Both the position numbers and the translations under genes were made by a program. From assembly GCA_963817915.1 (NCBI GenBank), contig CAWFQL010000016.1, forward strand, positions 128,171 to 192,170: DNA of 64,000 nucleotides, given 5' to 3'. This stretch comes from an uncultured candidate division Zixibacteria bacterium. GTDB lineage: Bacteria > Zixibacteria > MSB-5A5 > UBA10806. The notes under the pieces are model-generated. The model did not search any database. It saw nothing but the letters and a program-made list of their open reading frames with translations, and was not told the origin of the DNA. Below are positions 18,774 through 27,741 of this stretch, piece by piece (positions within the stretch are counted from its first letter, which is position 1; the number at the start of each line of letters is the position of its first letter).

Positions 18774-19727
18774 ATGAGAATCTATTTAGATATTGAAATT
18801 GATGAGGCAATCGATTACTTTCAGCAAACTATGAATCCGCCAATACCGTATATGGGAGAAATCTTCGCGCTCATGGCGGCGATTGTCTGGGGTTTTGCTG
18901 TTATATTTTTTAAAAAGAGCGGCGAGACTGTTCATCCGATCGCTTTGAATATTTTCAAAAATATCCTGGCAGTTATTCTGCTTATTCCGACTATCTGGAT
19001 CTTCGCCCGGGATATTTCGTTTTCGGCCCCCATCAAGGATTATCTATTATTATTGCTAAGCGGTACATTGGGAATCGGAGTCTCGGATACATTATTTTTT
19101 ATTTCATTGAATATGCTTGGCGCGGAACTAATATCAATTGTTAGCTGTACTTATAGCCCGTTTATAGTGGCAATGTCGGTTTTCTGGCTTAATGATACGC
19201 TGACATTTTTGCAGATCATGGGAATTGTTCTGATTGTCATGGCTGTCCTGGGAACGACATATCAAAAAAAATCCGGCCATCTTGAAAGACGAAAAGCATT
19301 CTGGGGATTAATTTGGGGAATCCTGGCGATGGCTGTAAATGCTGTCGGCATTGTAATAATAAAACCTTTGCTTGATCGCTCTCCGTTACTCTGGGTGACA
19401 GAAACTCGTCTTATTGGAGGAGCTATCTTTCTCATAATCGTATTGCTCTTTCACCCTCAACGGAAGACAATCGTTTCTTCTATATCGGGTGCGCGATCAT
19501 GGGCTTACACGATAGCCGGATCATTTACCGGCGCATATTTATCAATGATATTTTGGCTGGCCGGTATGAAATTTACTCAGACTTCGATCGCGGCGGCGCT
19601 GAACCAAACTAACAGTATATTTGTGTTTATCCTCGCAGTAGTTTTTCTCAAAGAAAAATTAAATATACGCCGAGCAATCGGCGTAACTCTCGCGGTCGCA
19701 GGAGCGCTAATGGCGACATTTGGCTAA
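18774..19727 (+). CDS. DMT-superfamily (EamA-like) transporter
   Basis: Ten predicted TM helices in two EamA-like halves. The true start may be the internal Met at about 18846. Confidence 0.65.
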   Translation: MRIYLDIEIDEAIDYFQQTMNPPIPYMGEIFALMAAIVWGFAVIFFKKSGETVHPIALNIFKNILAVILLIPTIWIFARDISFSAPIKDYLLLLLSGTLGIGVSDTLFFISLNMLGAELISIVSCTYSPFIVAMSVFWLNDTLTFLQIMGIVLIVMAVLGTTYQKKSGHLERRKAFWGLIWGILAMAVNAVGIVIIKPLLDRSPLLWVTETRLIGGAIFLIIVLLFHPQRKTIVSSISGARSWAYTIAGSFTGAYLSMIFWLAGMKFTQTSIAAALNQTNSIFVFILAVVFLKEKLNIRRAIGVTLAVAGALMATFG

Positions 19728-19765
19728 TCGCATTATACAATCTATAGAATTAATTATAGAAACAT

Positions 19766-19800
19766 CTTGACATAAAAGTAATACAAAGTAATATTTAGCC
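19766..19800 (+). promoter_or_regulatory. Candidate promoter (TTGACA-17-AATATT) containing direct repeat aagtaata x2, upstream of the RHH regulator/znu operon
   Basis: ttgacataaaagtaatacaaagtaatattt. An additional tataga repeat lies around aattaatt just upstream. Confidence 0.3.
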
Positions 19801-19812
19801 GATACTGGTATT

Positions 19813-20109
19813 GTGGTTATGAAAAAGAAAAACACCGAAATTATAACTTTCAAGGTCGATGAGGCCACGCTGGGCGCCATGAAAGGAATAACCAACCGTT
19901 CAAAATTTATTCGCGCGGCGGTATTTTCGGCTCTCAACGGCGTCTGCCCATTATGCAGAGGGGCTGGAGTTCTAACTCCCAAGCAGATCGATCATTGGAA
20001 CACATTCGCCGAGGACCATACGCTTCGTCAATGCCCCGATTGCCATGAAACCCATCTGGCCTGCTCCAAGCCGCCGTCCCGCAAAAAAACGAATGGAAAA
20101 CGGAAATGA
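19813..20109 (+). CDS. Ribbon-helix-helix DNA-binding protein fused to a Cys4/His zinc-ribbon; putative metal-responsive regulator of the downstream ABC operon
   Basis: N-terminal RHH signature (ITFKVDEATL...NRSKFIRAAV). C-terminal CPLCRG...CPDCHETH. The stop overlaps the start of the substrate-binding protein gene. Confidence 0.45.
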   Translation: MVMKKKNTEIITFKVDEATLGAMKGITNRSKFIRAAVFSALNGVCPLCRGAGVLTPKQIDHWNTFAEDHTLRQCPDCHETHLACSKPPSRKKTNGKRK

Positions 20110-21014
20110 AAACGTACCGTACGAGAGACTTCACTATATCGATATTATTGGCGGCAATCTTTTCAGTATTCTCAATTTCGAATTCTCTAGCGACTCAACC
20201 TAAAGTTAAAGTCGTTGTCAGTATTTTGCCGCAAGCATACTTTGTCGAGCGAGTCGGCGGAGCCTTGGTCGATGTCTCCGTATTAGTCGGCCCGGGCCAG
20301 TCTCCGCATACCTACGAACCAACTCCACAACAAATCGCCCGAATCGCCGAAGCCGATATATATTTCACTATCGGGGTACCTATGGAAATCCAACTTGTTG
20401 AACGAATCAAGGCCATGCGCGAAATCCCCATCGTGGATATTCACGAAGGGGCAAAGATTCGCTATACATCTTCTGATGAAACCGATTCGGATGAAAAGGC
20501 CGGCGAGCCCGATCCTCATACCTGGCTTTCGCCATCCAACGCCATAATTGAAGCTCAAAATATCTGCAATGCTCTAAAGAAAATATATCCGGATTCGGCC
20601 GGCTTTTTCGATAGCAATATGAAATCATTTCAAACCGATCTCGTTAAAATCAGCGAACGCATTGCCAGGATTCTGGCGCCATTTAAGGGAAATCAGTTTT
20701 TTGTCTATCATCCAGCATTCGGATATTTTGGCGACTCCTACGGATTGAAGCAAGTGCCGGTAGAAATCGATGGTAAAGAACCTAGCGCGAAGCAAGTGGC
20801 GGAATTGATAACTAAGGCCAAAGCCGCGGGCGTGAAAGTTATATTCGTCCAGGCGCAGTTTTCATCGAAAGGTGCCGAGGCTATTGCCAATGATATCGGT
20901 GGAACCGTAATACCTATCAATGATCTCGCGAAAGATTATTTGAAAAATTTGGAAGATATCGCCGATAAACTCGAAAAAGGCCTATCACAAGAGAAGCATT
21001 CTAATGGAAAATAA
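20106..21014 (+). CDS. Metal (Zn/Mn) ABC transporter substrate-binding protein, ZnuA/TroA family
   Basis: Signal peptide. Cluster 9 fold with an acidic/His-containing loop (SSDETDSDEKAGEPDPHTW). Confidence 0.75.
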   Translation: MKTYRTRDFTISILLAAIFSVFSISNSLATQPKVKVVVSILPQAYFVERVGGALVDVSVLVGPGQSPHTYEPTPQQIARIAEADIYFTIGVPMEIQLVERIKAMREIPIVDIHEGAKIRYTSSDETDSDEKAGEPDPHTWLSPSNAIIEAQNICNALKKIYPDSAGFFDSNMKSFQTDLVKISERIARILAPFKGNQFFVYHPAFGYFGDSYGLKQVPVEIDGKEPSAKQVAELITKAKAAGVKVIFVQAQFSSKGAEAIANDIGGTVIPINDLAKDYLKNLEDIADKLEKGLSQEKHSNGK

Positions 21015-21765
21015 CGAAGTAATCAAAATAGAAAATCTATCATTCGCCTACAATGGCAGTTTGATTTTAGAGAATGTCAATCTCGCCATTGACAGAAATG
21101 ATTTTGCAAGTATTCTCGGTCCCAATGGCGGCGGTAAGACTACTCTTCTAAAAATCATGCTTGGCTTGCTTAGACCCAATAAGGGTACGATAAAAATTCT
21201 CGGATTATCTCCGGAACAGGCACATTCAAAAATCGGTTATGTGCCGCAAAGTTTTCAATTCGACAGGCAATTCCCCGTAAGAGTAAATGATGTTGTCCTA
21301 ATGGGACGGCTTGGAAGACCGGGCGGATTGGGGCCATTTAAGAAATCAGATAAGTCCGCCGCTATCGACGCTCTACATGAAGTTGGCCTTTCCGAATTAG
21401 TGACGCGGCCATTCTCGGAGCTCTCCGGGGGCCAAAGGCAACGAGTTTTGGTCGCCCGCGCGCTCGTGACCGATCCTGAAATCCTGCTGCTTGATGAGCC
21501 TGCCGCTGGAATGGATGTCGCAATTCAGGAAGAATTCTACGCGCTTTTGAAAATGCTCACACAACGTTTGACGGTAGTTTTGGTAACTCATGATATTGGC
21601 TTTGTTTCGACATTTGTGAATAGAGTAGTCTGTGTTAATCGTGAGGTGGTTGTTCATCCCACCAGCGAGATTACCGGCGAGATGATCTATCAGCTATACG
21701 GCAGCGATGTCCGTCTGGTGCGTCACGACCATCGCTGTGCCGAGGGAGGGCATGAGAGTGGCTGA
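21004..21765 (+). CDS. Metal ABC transporter ATP-binding protein (ZnuC-like)
   Basis: Walker A GPNGGGKTT, signature LSGGQRQR, Walker B LLLDEP. Confidence 0.8.
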   Translation: MENNEVIKIENLSFAYNGSLILENVNLAIDRNDFASILGPNGGGKTTLLKIMLGLLRPNKGTIKILGLSPEQAHSKIGYVPQSFQFDRQFPVRVNDVVLMGRLGRPGGLGPFKKSDKSAAIDALHEVGLSELVTRPFSELSGGQRQRVLVARALVTDPEILLLDEPAAGMDVAIQEEFYALLKMLTQRLTVVLVTHDIGFVSTFVNRVVCVNREVVVHPTSEITGEMIYQLYGSDVRLVRHDHRCAEGGHESG

Positions 21766-22603
21766 GTTTTTCAGTGCCCTACATAATTATTCATTTATCC
21801 AGTATGCGCTGTTAACCGGGCTTCTGGCCAGTATCGCCTGCGGCGTGGTGGGAAGCTATGTTGTCACCCGCAGAATAACCTATGTCGCTGGCGGCATATC
21901 TCATTTTATTCTCGGCGGCATGGGCGCGGCGCGCTACCTGAATGTTGTCTATGGCTGGGAAAAGCTGACTCCCCTGCATGGCGCGATTGTGTCGGCTCTT
22001 TTGGCGGCAATAATTATCGGTATGGTCAGCATGCGCGCCAGACAGCGGGAAGATACGGTTATCGGGGCTCTCTGGGCGATCGGTATGGCGGTTGGAATTC
22101 TCTTTATATCTAAGACACCCGGATATAATCAAGACCTCATGAGTTATCTCTTTGGCAATATTCTCATGGTGACATCAAGCGATCTCTGGCTGATTATCGG
22201 CCTCGACGCTTTAGTAGTGCTTGTTGGAATATTCTTTTACAACCAGTTATTGGCGGTTTGCTTCGATGAAGAGTTCGCCCGTCTGCGCGGCGTCAATGTA
22301 GAATTTTTCTATCTTCTGCTCTTATGCCTGACAGCGTTAACAGTGGTATTACTCGTGACTGTCGTGGGAATAGTCATGGTTATAGCGTTGTTGACATTGC
22401 CGGCGGCGATTGCCGGTCATTTCTCCAAGACGCTCCGTCAGATGATGGTCGTGTCGACTATTCTCAGCGCCTTTTTTACGACATTAGGCCTGGGGCTCAG
22501 CTACAGCCCAAATTTACCTGCCGGAGCCACAATCATTGTCCTGGCTGGCGCGGCCTATCTGATAGTAGCCGTAGCTTCCAGATTAATTAAGACCCATCGT
22601 TGA
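21752..22603 (+). CDS. Metal ABC transporter permease (ZnuB-like)
   Basis: Polytopic membrane protein of the ABC-3 family. Overlaps the ATPase gene by 14 nt. Confidence 0.75.
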   Translation: MRVAEFFSALHNYSFIQYALLTGLLASIACGVVGSYVVTRRITYVAGGISHFILGGMGAARYLNVVYGWEKLTPLHGAIVSALLAAIIIGMVSMRARQREDTVIGALWAIGMAVGILFISKTPGYNQDLMSYLFGNILMVTSSDLWLIIGLDALVVLVGIFFYNQLLAVCFDEEFARLRGVNVEFFYLLLLCLTALTVVLLVTVVGIVMVIALLTLPAAIAGHFSKTLRQMMVVSTILSAFFTTLGLGLSYSPNLPAGATIIVLAGAAYLIVAVASRLIKTHR

Positions 22604-22635
22604 ATAATTAATTTCAAAATTTGAATATAAAAAAA

Positions 22636-22668
22636 TCAAAGCCGAAGCGGGGAGCTCCGGCTTGATTT
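22636..22668. terminator. Bidirectional stem-loop between convergent genes
   Basis: tcaaagccgaagcggggagctccggcttgattt: an imperfect GC-rich hairpin flanked by A/T runs. Confidence 0.4.
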
Positions 22669-22699
22669 GGGCGGGCCGATATTTTCTTCGGTGTAAATC

Positions 22700-23254
22700 C
22701 TAAGAGAATGCTGATTTCAAACTGTCTAAGATAATCTTGCCTGTGGAATTTTTCTTTTCATGTCGGCCATATACTGTGGAGTTTTTCTTCTGAGATTTGA
22801 CCGACGGCAGGTTAGCAATGTATGTCATCTGGCCTATATGATGAGTTTCATGCATGTAGCTATAAGCTAAATTCTGTCCTATTGTTTTAAACTGACCCCA
22901 GCTTGGTCTATCCAAAATTTCTCCCGCATTTCGAAGCAAGAAGCTATCAGTGATTCCAGACATTTTGGCTAAGCGAGCAATGAGCTGCGAAGGATCGGGA
23001 TAATGCGACGGGTTATTCTCGGGACGAGTGCCCCTCGCGAATAAATCTCCCAAATCCCCGGTTCGTGGATCACCTCCTAAGATTTCGATAATCTCCCCGC
23101 GGTTTAACACTATATGCCCCAATATCCATATCAATGGATTTCCGCGGTTTTCAGGCCGTGTAAAATACGCCTCAGGGGCCAGCCCTTCCACCAACTTCCC
23201 GACATAACCAACATTAAATCTTAATAATTCAGCGAACATTTCTACTGCTTTCAT
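22700..23254 (-). CDS. DinB/YfiT-like (DinB_2) putative metal-dependent hydrolase
   Basis: His triad context (ILGHIV...MHETHHIGQM) typical of the DinB_2 four-helix bundle. Start assigned to MKAVEMF. Confidence 0.55.
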   Translation of the reverse strand: MKAVEMFAELLRFNVGYVGKLVEGLAPEAYFTRPENRGNPLIWILGHIVLNRGEIIEILGGDPRTGDLGDLFARGTRPENNPSHYPDPSQLIARLAKMSGITDSFLLRNAGEILDRPSWGQFKTIGQNLAYSYMHETHHIGQMTYIANLPSVKSQKKNSTVYGRHEKKNSTGKIILDSLKSAFS

Positions 23255-23616
23255 TTTATGCCTCACATTTCGACGATTCAACCAGGATACATGAAATAAT
23301 CGTGCCAAATCGTTGCAAAATGAAAAACGTTGCATAACGCCTTATCTACCAACGCGTTGCCGCGGTCGACGATTGGCCGCAAATATCCCATTTTGCAAAA
23401 ATTAAGTTCAGTTTTCGATCAATGAGAATATTATAGAACAGTATCCGGAATCAGGAAAGACAGCAAATTCCATTATCGATAACCAATTTTTAAAAAAACT
23501 TGCTACTCACCATCCACGATGGTATTTTGCTTATAGGGCCGTCGATGGCATTACTTGGATTAAGAGAATGATGATTTGGTTGATGATAAGAGAATCAATA
23601 ATCGCGGGGTAATATT

Positions 23617-24741
23617 ATGAATATAAGTATTGCCAGAGAAGAACACCATCTTGAAAATCGCGCGGCGCTGACACCGGCGGCAGTTAATCTGCTCGCGCGC
23701 GCCGGCCATCATGTTTACATTCAGAGCGGCGCCGGTAAGGGCGCGGGCTTTTCGGATTCCAGATATAGCGATGCCGGCGGCAAAATAGTCTTTTCCAAGG
23801 ATGAAGCGTTCAAACGATGCGACATTCTTCTGAAAGTTTTCCCTCCGACACTCGATGAATATAATCTGCTCAATGACGATCAAATCATAATGTCGGCCCT
23901 GCATCTTGTCTCGACACACGCGGATGTCATAAATGTACTAATCGAAAAAAGAATTACCGCGATCGGATTCGAAGTTATCGAAGATCAATATGGCAGCTTG
24001 CCTGTTCTGACACCGATGTCCGAACTAGCGGGACAGATGGCATTGCCGATTGCCAGCTATTATTTATCGAATATCGGCGGCGGACGGGGTATTCTCCTTG
24101 GTGGAGGAGCCGGAATACCACCTGCTATTGTCGTTGTCTTAGGCGCGGGAACAGTCGGTATTAATGCAGTCAGGATTGCCAAGGGACTTGGCTGTAATGT
24201 TATCCTTATGGATAACAGCCTCGAACGGCTTCGCAGCGCCAACGACCTTTTCTCAAAACAGCTCATCACATATTTGCCATATCAGTATAACCTCGAACGA
24301 GTAATTCCGATAGCCGATGTTGTAATCGGGGCGATCCTGATTCATGGCGAAGAAACGCCGAAGCTGATAACCGAACAACTTGTCGGCAAGATGAAGCCCG
24401 GCTCGGTCATATTGGATATTTCGATTGACCAGGGCGGATGCTTCGAGACTTCGCGGCCGACAAGCTGGGCGGGCCCGACTTATGTGGTGCATGGCGTGAC
24501 TCATTTCTGTGTCCCGAATATGCCATCGAATGTAGGCCGAACCGCTACTTATGCCTTAGCTAATGCTGTATTACCATATATAAAACAAATCGCGGATATT
24601 GGTTTGGATAACGCTTTAACTAAAGATAAAGGACTTGCCAAAGGGGTTTATACTTACAAGGGCGAATTAACTCACGCCTCGGTTGCCAAACGGTTTGGCA
24701 TGAAATTCAGGCCCCTTTCAGAAATATTGACGGGGAGGTAG
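23617..24741 (+). CDS. ald: Alanine dehydrogenase
   Basis: N-terminal IAREEHH.ENR..LTP and NAD-binding VVVLGAGTVG. Length 374 aa. Confidence 0.85.
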   Translation: MNISIAREEHHLENRAALTPAAVNLLARAGHHVYIQSGAGKGAGFSDSRYSDAGGKIVFSKDEAFKRCDILLKVFPPTLDEYNLLNDDQIIMSALHLVSTHADVINVLIEKRITAIGFEVIEDQYGSLPVLTPMSELAGQMALPIASYYLSNIGGGRGILLGGGAGIPPAIVVVLGAGTVGINAVRIAKGLGCNVILMDNSLERLRSANDLFSKQLITYLPYQYNLERVIPIADVVIGAILIHGEETPKLITEQLVGKMKPGSVILDISIDQGGCFETSRPTSWAGPTYVVHGVTHFCVPNMPSNVGRTATYALANAVLPYIKQIADIGLDNALTKDKGLAKGVYTYKGELTHASVAKRFGMKFRPLSEILTGR

Positions 24742-24746
24742 GGGTA

Positions 24747-26042
24747 GTGAATTGGATAGATTCTTACGAGCGAAAACGGACAACCGCTGAAGTAGCTGTC
24801 AAAAAAATAAAATCAGGCGACAGGGTTTATATCCATCCCGGATGCTGTACTCCGCAGTATCTGGTTGAGGCTATGGTCGCCCGCAAAAATGAGCTCGAGA
24901 ATGTCGAGGTCTGCCATGTCCTGACTCAGGGCAAGGCGGGATATACCGATCCCGGCTGCGAGGGCCACTTCAGACATCGTTCGTTTTTTACGGGCGCGAA
25001 TGTCCGTCAGGCAATCAACGAAGGCCGGGCCGATCAGATGCATATTTTCCTGCATGAGATCGAGGATCTATTTCTCTCCGGTCAGTTGCCGATCGATGTC
25101 GCCTTGATTCAGGTTAGTCCGCCTGACGAGCATGGCTTTTGCTCATTCGGGGTTGGTATTGATATCACAATGGCGGCCGCGCAGGTCGCGAAAACAGTCA
25201 TCGCTCAGGTCAATACTGAGATGCCGCGAGTGCATGGCGATTGTTTTATTCATGTCAGTAAATTGACACATGTTGTCGAGCATAGCTCTCCCCTGCTTGA
25301 AATGCCCCAGGGGACTCCCGATGAAATCTCGATGAAAATCGGCCAATCGATCGCTGATATTATCGAGGATGGCTCTACGCTTCAGCTGGGAATCGGCGCG
25401 ATACCTGACGCTTTCCTGGTGGCCTTGCAGGATCGGCGCGATATGGGGATTCATAGCGAGATGTTTTCCGATGGCATCATACCATTGGTTGAGAGCGGCG
25501 TAATCAATAACTCGAAGAAGACGCTTCATCCGGGCAAGATCGTGGCGGCATTCACGCTCGGTACACGAAAGATTTTCGATTTCTGTCACGAGAATCCGTT
25601 TATAGAATTACACCCTTGCAAATACACCAATAATCCGTTCGTGATCGCCCAGAATGACCGCATGGTGGCGGTGAATTCGGCGTTGGGAATTGACCTCACC
25701 GGCCAGATATTCGCCGATTCATTGGGATACTCATTTTATTCTGGCTTTGGCGGGCAGGTAGATTTTATTCGCGGGGCCGCAAAATCCAAAGGCGGCAAAC
25801 CGATATTCGCATTCCCGGCCACCGCCAAGAACGGCACGATTTCGCGTATTACACCATTCTTACTGCAGGGCACGGGTGTAACAACCACGCGTGCCGATGT
25901 TCATTGGGTGGTCACCGAATTCGGCGCAGTGAATCTACATGGCCGGGCTGTCGGCGAACGAGCCAAATTGCTTATCAGTATCGCCGCGCCTCAATTCCGC
26001 GAGGAGCTCGAACGATTTGCCAAAGAACATAAGTATTTTTAG
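24747..26042 (+). CDS. Acetyl-CoA hydrolase/transferase family protein (4-hydroxybutyrate CoA-transferase-like)
   Basis: GTG start. Conserved N- and C-terminal CoA-transferase family III halves. 431 aa. Confidence 0.8.
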   Translation: MNWIDSYERKRTTAEVAVKKIKSGDRVYIHPGCCTPQYLVEAMVARKNELENVEVCHVLTQGKAGYTDPGCEGHFRHRSFFTGANVRQAINEGRADQMHIFLHEIEDLFLSGQLPIDVALIQVSPPDEHGFCSFGVGIDITMAAAQVAKTVIAQVNTEMPRVHGDCFIHVSKLTHVVEHSSPLLEMPQGTPDEISMKIGQSIADIIEDGSTLQLGIGAIPDAFLVALQDRRDMGIHSEMFSDGIIPLVESGVINNSKKTLHPGKIVAAFTLGTRKIFDFCHENPFIELHPCKYTNNPFVIAQNDRMVAVNSALGIDLTGQIFADSLGYSFYSGFGGQVDFIRGAAKSKGGKPIFAFPATAKNGTISRITPFLLQGTGVTTTRADVHWVVTEFGAVNLHGRAVGERAKLLISIAAPQFREELERFAKEHKYF

Positions 26043-26065
26043 ATAATTATTATAATCCGAAAATA

Positions 26066-26275
26066 TAACCGGTGCTGCCGGGTCCCCCGACCCCTACAGA
26101 AAACACCCGAAGTAGGTCGGGTTTCTCATCCGGCAGCTGCCGGATGAGAAACCCGACAACATATTTTGTAGGTCATTTCCCCTGGGAAATGACATCTTGC
26201 ATGTCAGGTCGCAGGCGACCGGACCTACGGCTATTTGTGTCGTATGAGGGCATCCGACACCACTCATTGTTATGA
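26066..26275. repeat. Composite palindromic intergenic repeat (REP/MITE-like), copy 1
   Basis: Perfect 20+20 hairpin gtcgggtttctcatccggcagc/tgccggatgagaaacccgac. Shared modules gtaggtcatttcccctgggaaatgacatc, caggtcgcaggcgacc, gagggcatccgac. Confidence 0.65.
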
Positions 26276-26277
26276 AG

Positions 26278-26961
26278 TTAATCCTTATTGCCTTTAGGCC
26301 CATTTCTTCTGAATCGAATTACAAATGCCGAAAGCCCTGCTCCAAACAAGAGCAACGTGGACGGTTCAGGGACTGGACCCGGAATAGGATCGATAGGGAG
26401 ACCATTGTCATCGACAGCCTGCACGCCATCAACTCTAACCACCATGTCTTCATAATCCCAATCACCATATGCCCAATCTTCCCAAGCCAGAATATACGAA
26501 TTGGGAACATACTGCCCATTTACTTCCGTGCGATATACATAAAGGTGATCAGCTCCATCGCGATTTAGCGCTCGTTCTGAATACCAATGCTCATCCATCT
26601 CTGGTCTTTCCTGCCCGTTGTAGTTTGTCCATATATTAAATCCGAAAACTCCGTCAAGGTCAGGTAGGTAAGCTGATGGTTGAAGTCCAGTAAGGATTCC
26701 TCCAATTAACCAATTTTCCATGCTTGTGCCGTCATACCACCCAAAGGCTGTGCCTCTGCTAAGTGAACTATATTGGTTTATGATAGTTGCATTACTCTGA
26801 TTAATTTGAAAAAACAATTCACCACTCATAATATCGTTGTTGGCATTAATTGAATATCCGAGTGCATTCATAACAATCTGCAATGATCCCAAGTTCTGAC
26901 AGAGAGATATTTCACTTATTGGACCTAAAACAATCAAAAACGTTATGAACATTTTCTTCAT
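26278..26961 (-). CDS. PEP-CTERM sorting-domain secreted protein with a DUF4114-like motif
   Basis: Signal peptide. C-terminal VPEPSTLLLFGAGLSAFVIRFRR (PEP motif, TM helix, basic tail). DWDYEDMVVRV just upstream. Confidence 0.7.
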   Translation of the reverse strand: MKKMFITFLIVLGPISEISLCQNLGSLQIVMNALGYSINANNDIMSGELFFQINQSNATIINQYSSLSRGTAFGWYDGTSMENWLIGGILTGLQPSAYLPDLDGVFGFNIWTNYNGQERPEMDEHWYSERALNRDGADHLYVYRTEVNGQYVPNSYILAWEDWAYGDWDYEDMVVRVDGVQAVDDNGLPIDPIPGPVPEPSTLLLFGAGLSAFVIRFRRNGPKGNKD

Positions 26962-27269
26962 AATTCATCCTTTGTGAATTTTAATTATTTCTTATCAAGA
27001 ATAATATTAATCACTCATTTATATCTTTATAAAAGCCTTCGCCATCGAATCCAAGCATTGATTTAAGCTATTTTCCAGGATTTTGCACACTAATTATTGC
27101 CTTACCCAATACGTTTAGGATTTAAGTTATCCCCAAAAGAATATCCCGACTAGACAAGATTGAAAACAATAGCTTGCAAATTTATATAACTTTTTATATT
27201 ATAAAAGTCAAGGGCAAAACTAACTTTTTCAGCGCGCCACGGGCAACACTTTCCTTACTGCATCACCGT

Positions 27270-27460
27270 AGAATTTGCGCGTGCTGCCGGATCCCCCGAC
27301 CCGACAGAAAACTCCAGACGTAGGGCAGGAGTCGAAGACTCCTGCCAAACTTGCATAGATTTGTAGGTCATTTCCCGTGGGAAATGACGTCTTGATTCCT
27401 CGTCAGGTCGCAGGCGACCTGACCTACTGCTGCTTGTGTCGGAATGAGGGCATTTGACTG
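27270..27460. repeat. Composite palindromic intergenic repeat, copy 2
   Basis: Same 5' end as copy 1 (gtgctgccgg.tcccccgaccc). Modules gtaggtcatttcccgtgggaaatgacgtc and gtcaggtcgcaggcgacctgacctac. Ends ...aatgagggcatttgac. Confidence 0.65.
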
Positions 27461-27741
27461 GGCGGCAGGCATCCTTGACTGCCCCAATAGAATCCGAATC
27501 GAAGGGGCAGCTGTGGACAGCTGCCACCCAATGTGTAAAGGATGTCATGATACACCGTGTTACCCATGTCCCGGTACACTCGCGCGCCGACCCGAACCGC
27601 AAAATATTTATTGACGTCCATGATAAAATGATTATCTTGAGATTAATTGTTGGATGTGAAGTGATTTTTCCATGATAGGTCGAATTGTCGTCAGTAAAAA
27701 ATTACCGGCTACGCTCAAATAACGAATCAAGGAGCTCGATA

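Noticed and set aside
26072-26303. ORFs of 67 and 69 aa inside repeat copy 1 (and 27255..27675 inside copy 2)
   Set aside because: They span perfect hairpins and differ between copies. The repeat is better explained as non-coding palindromic DNA.
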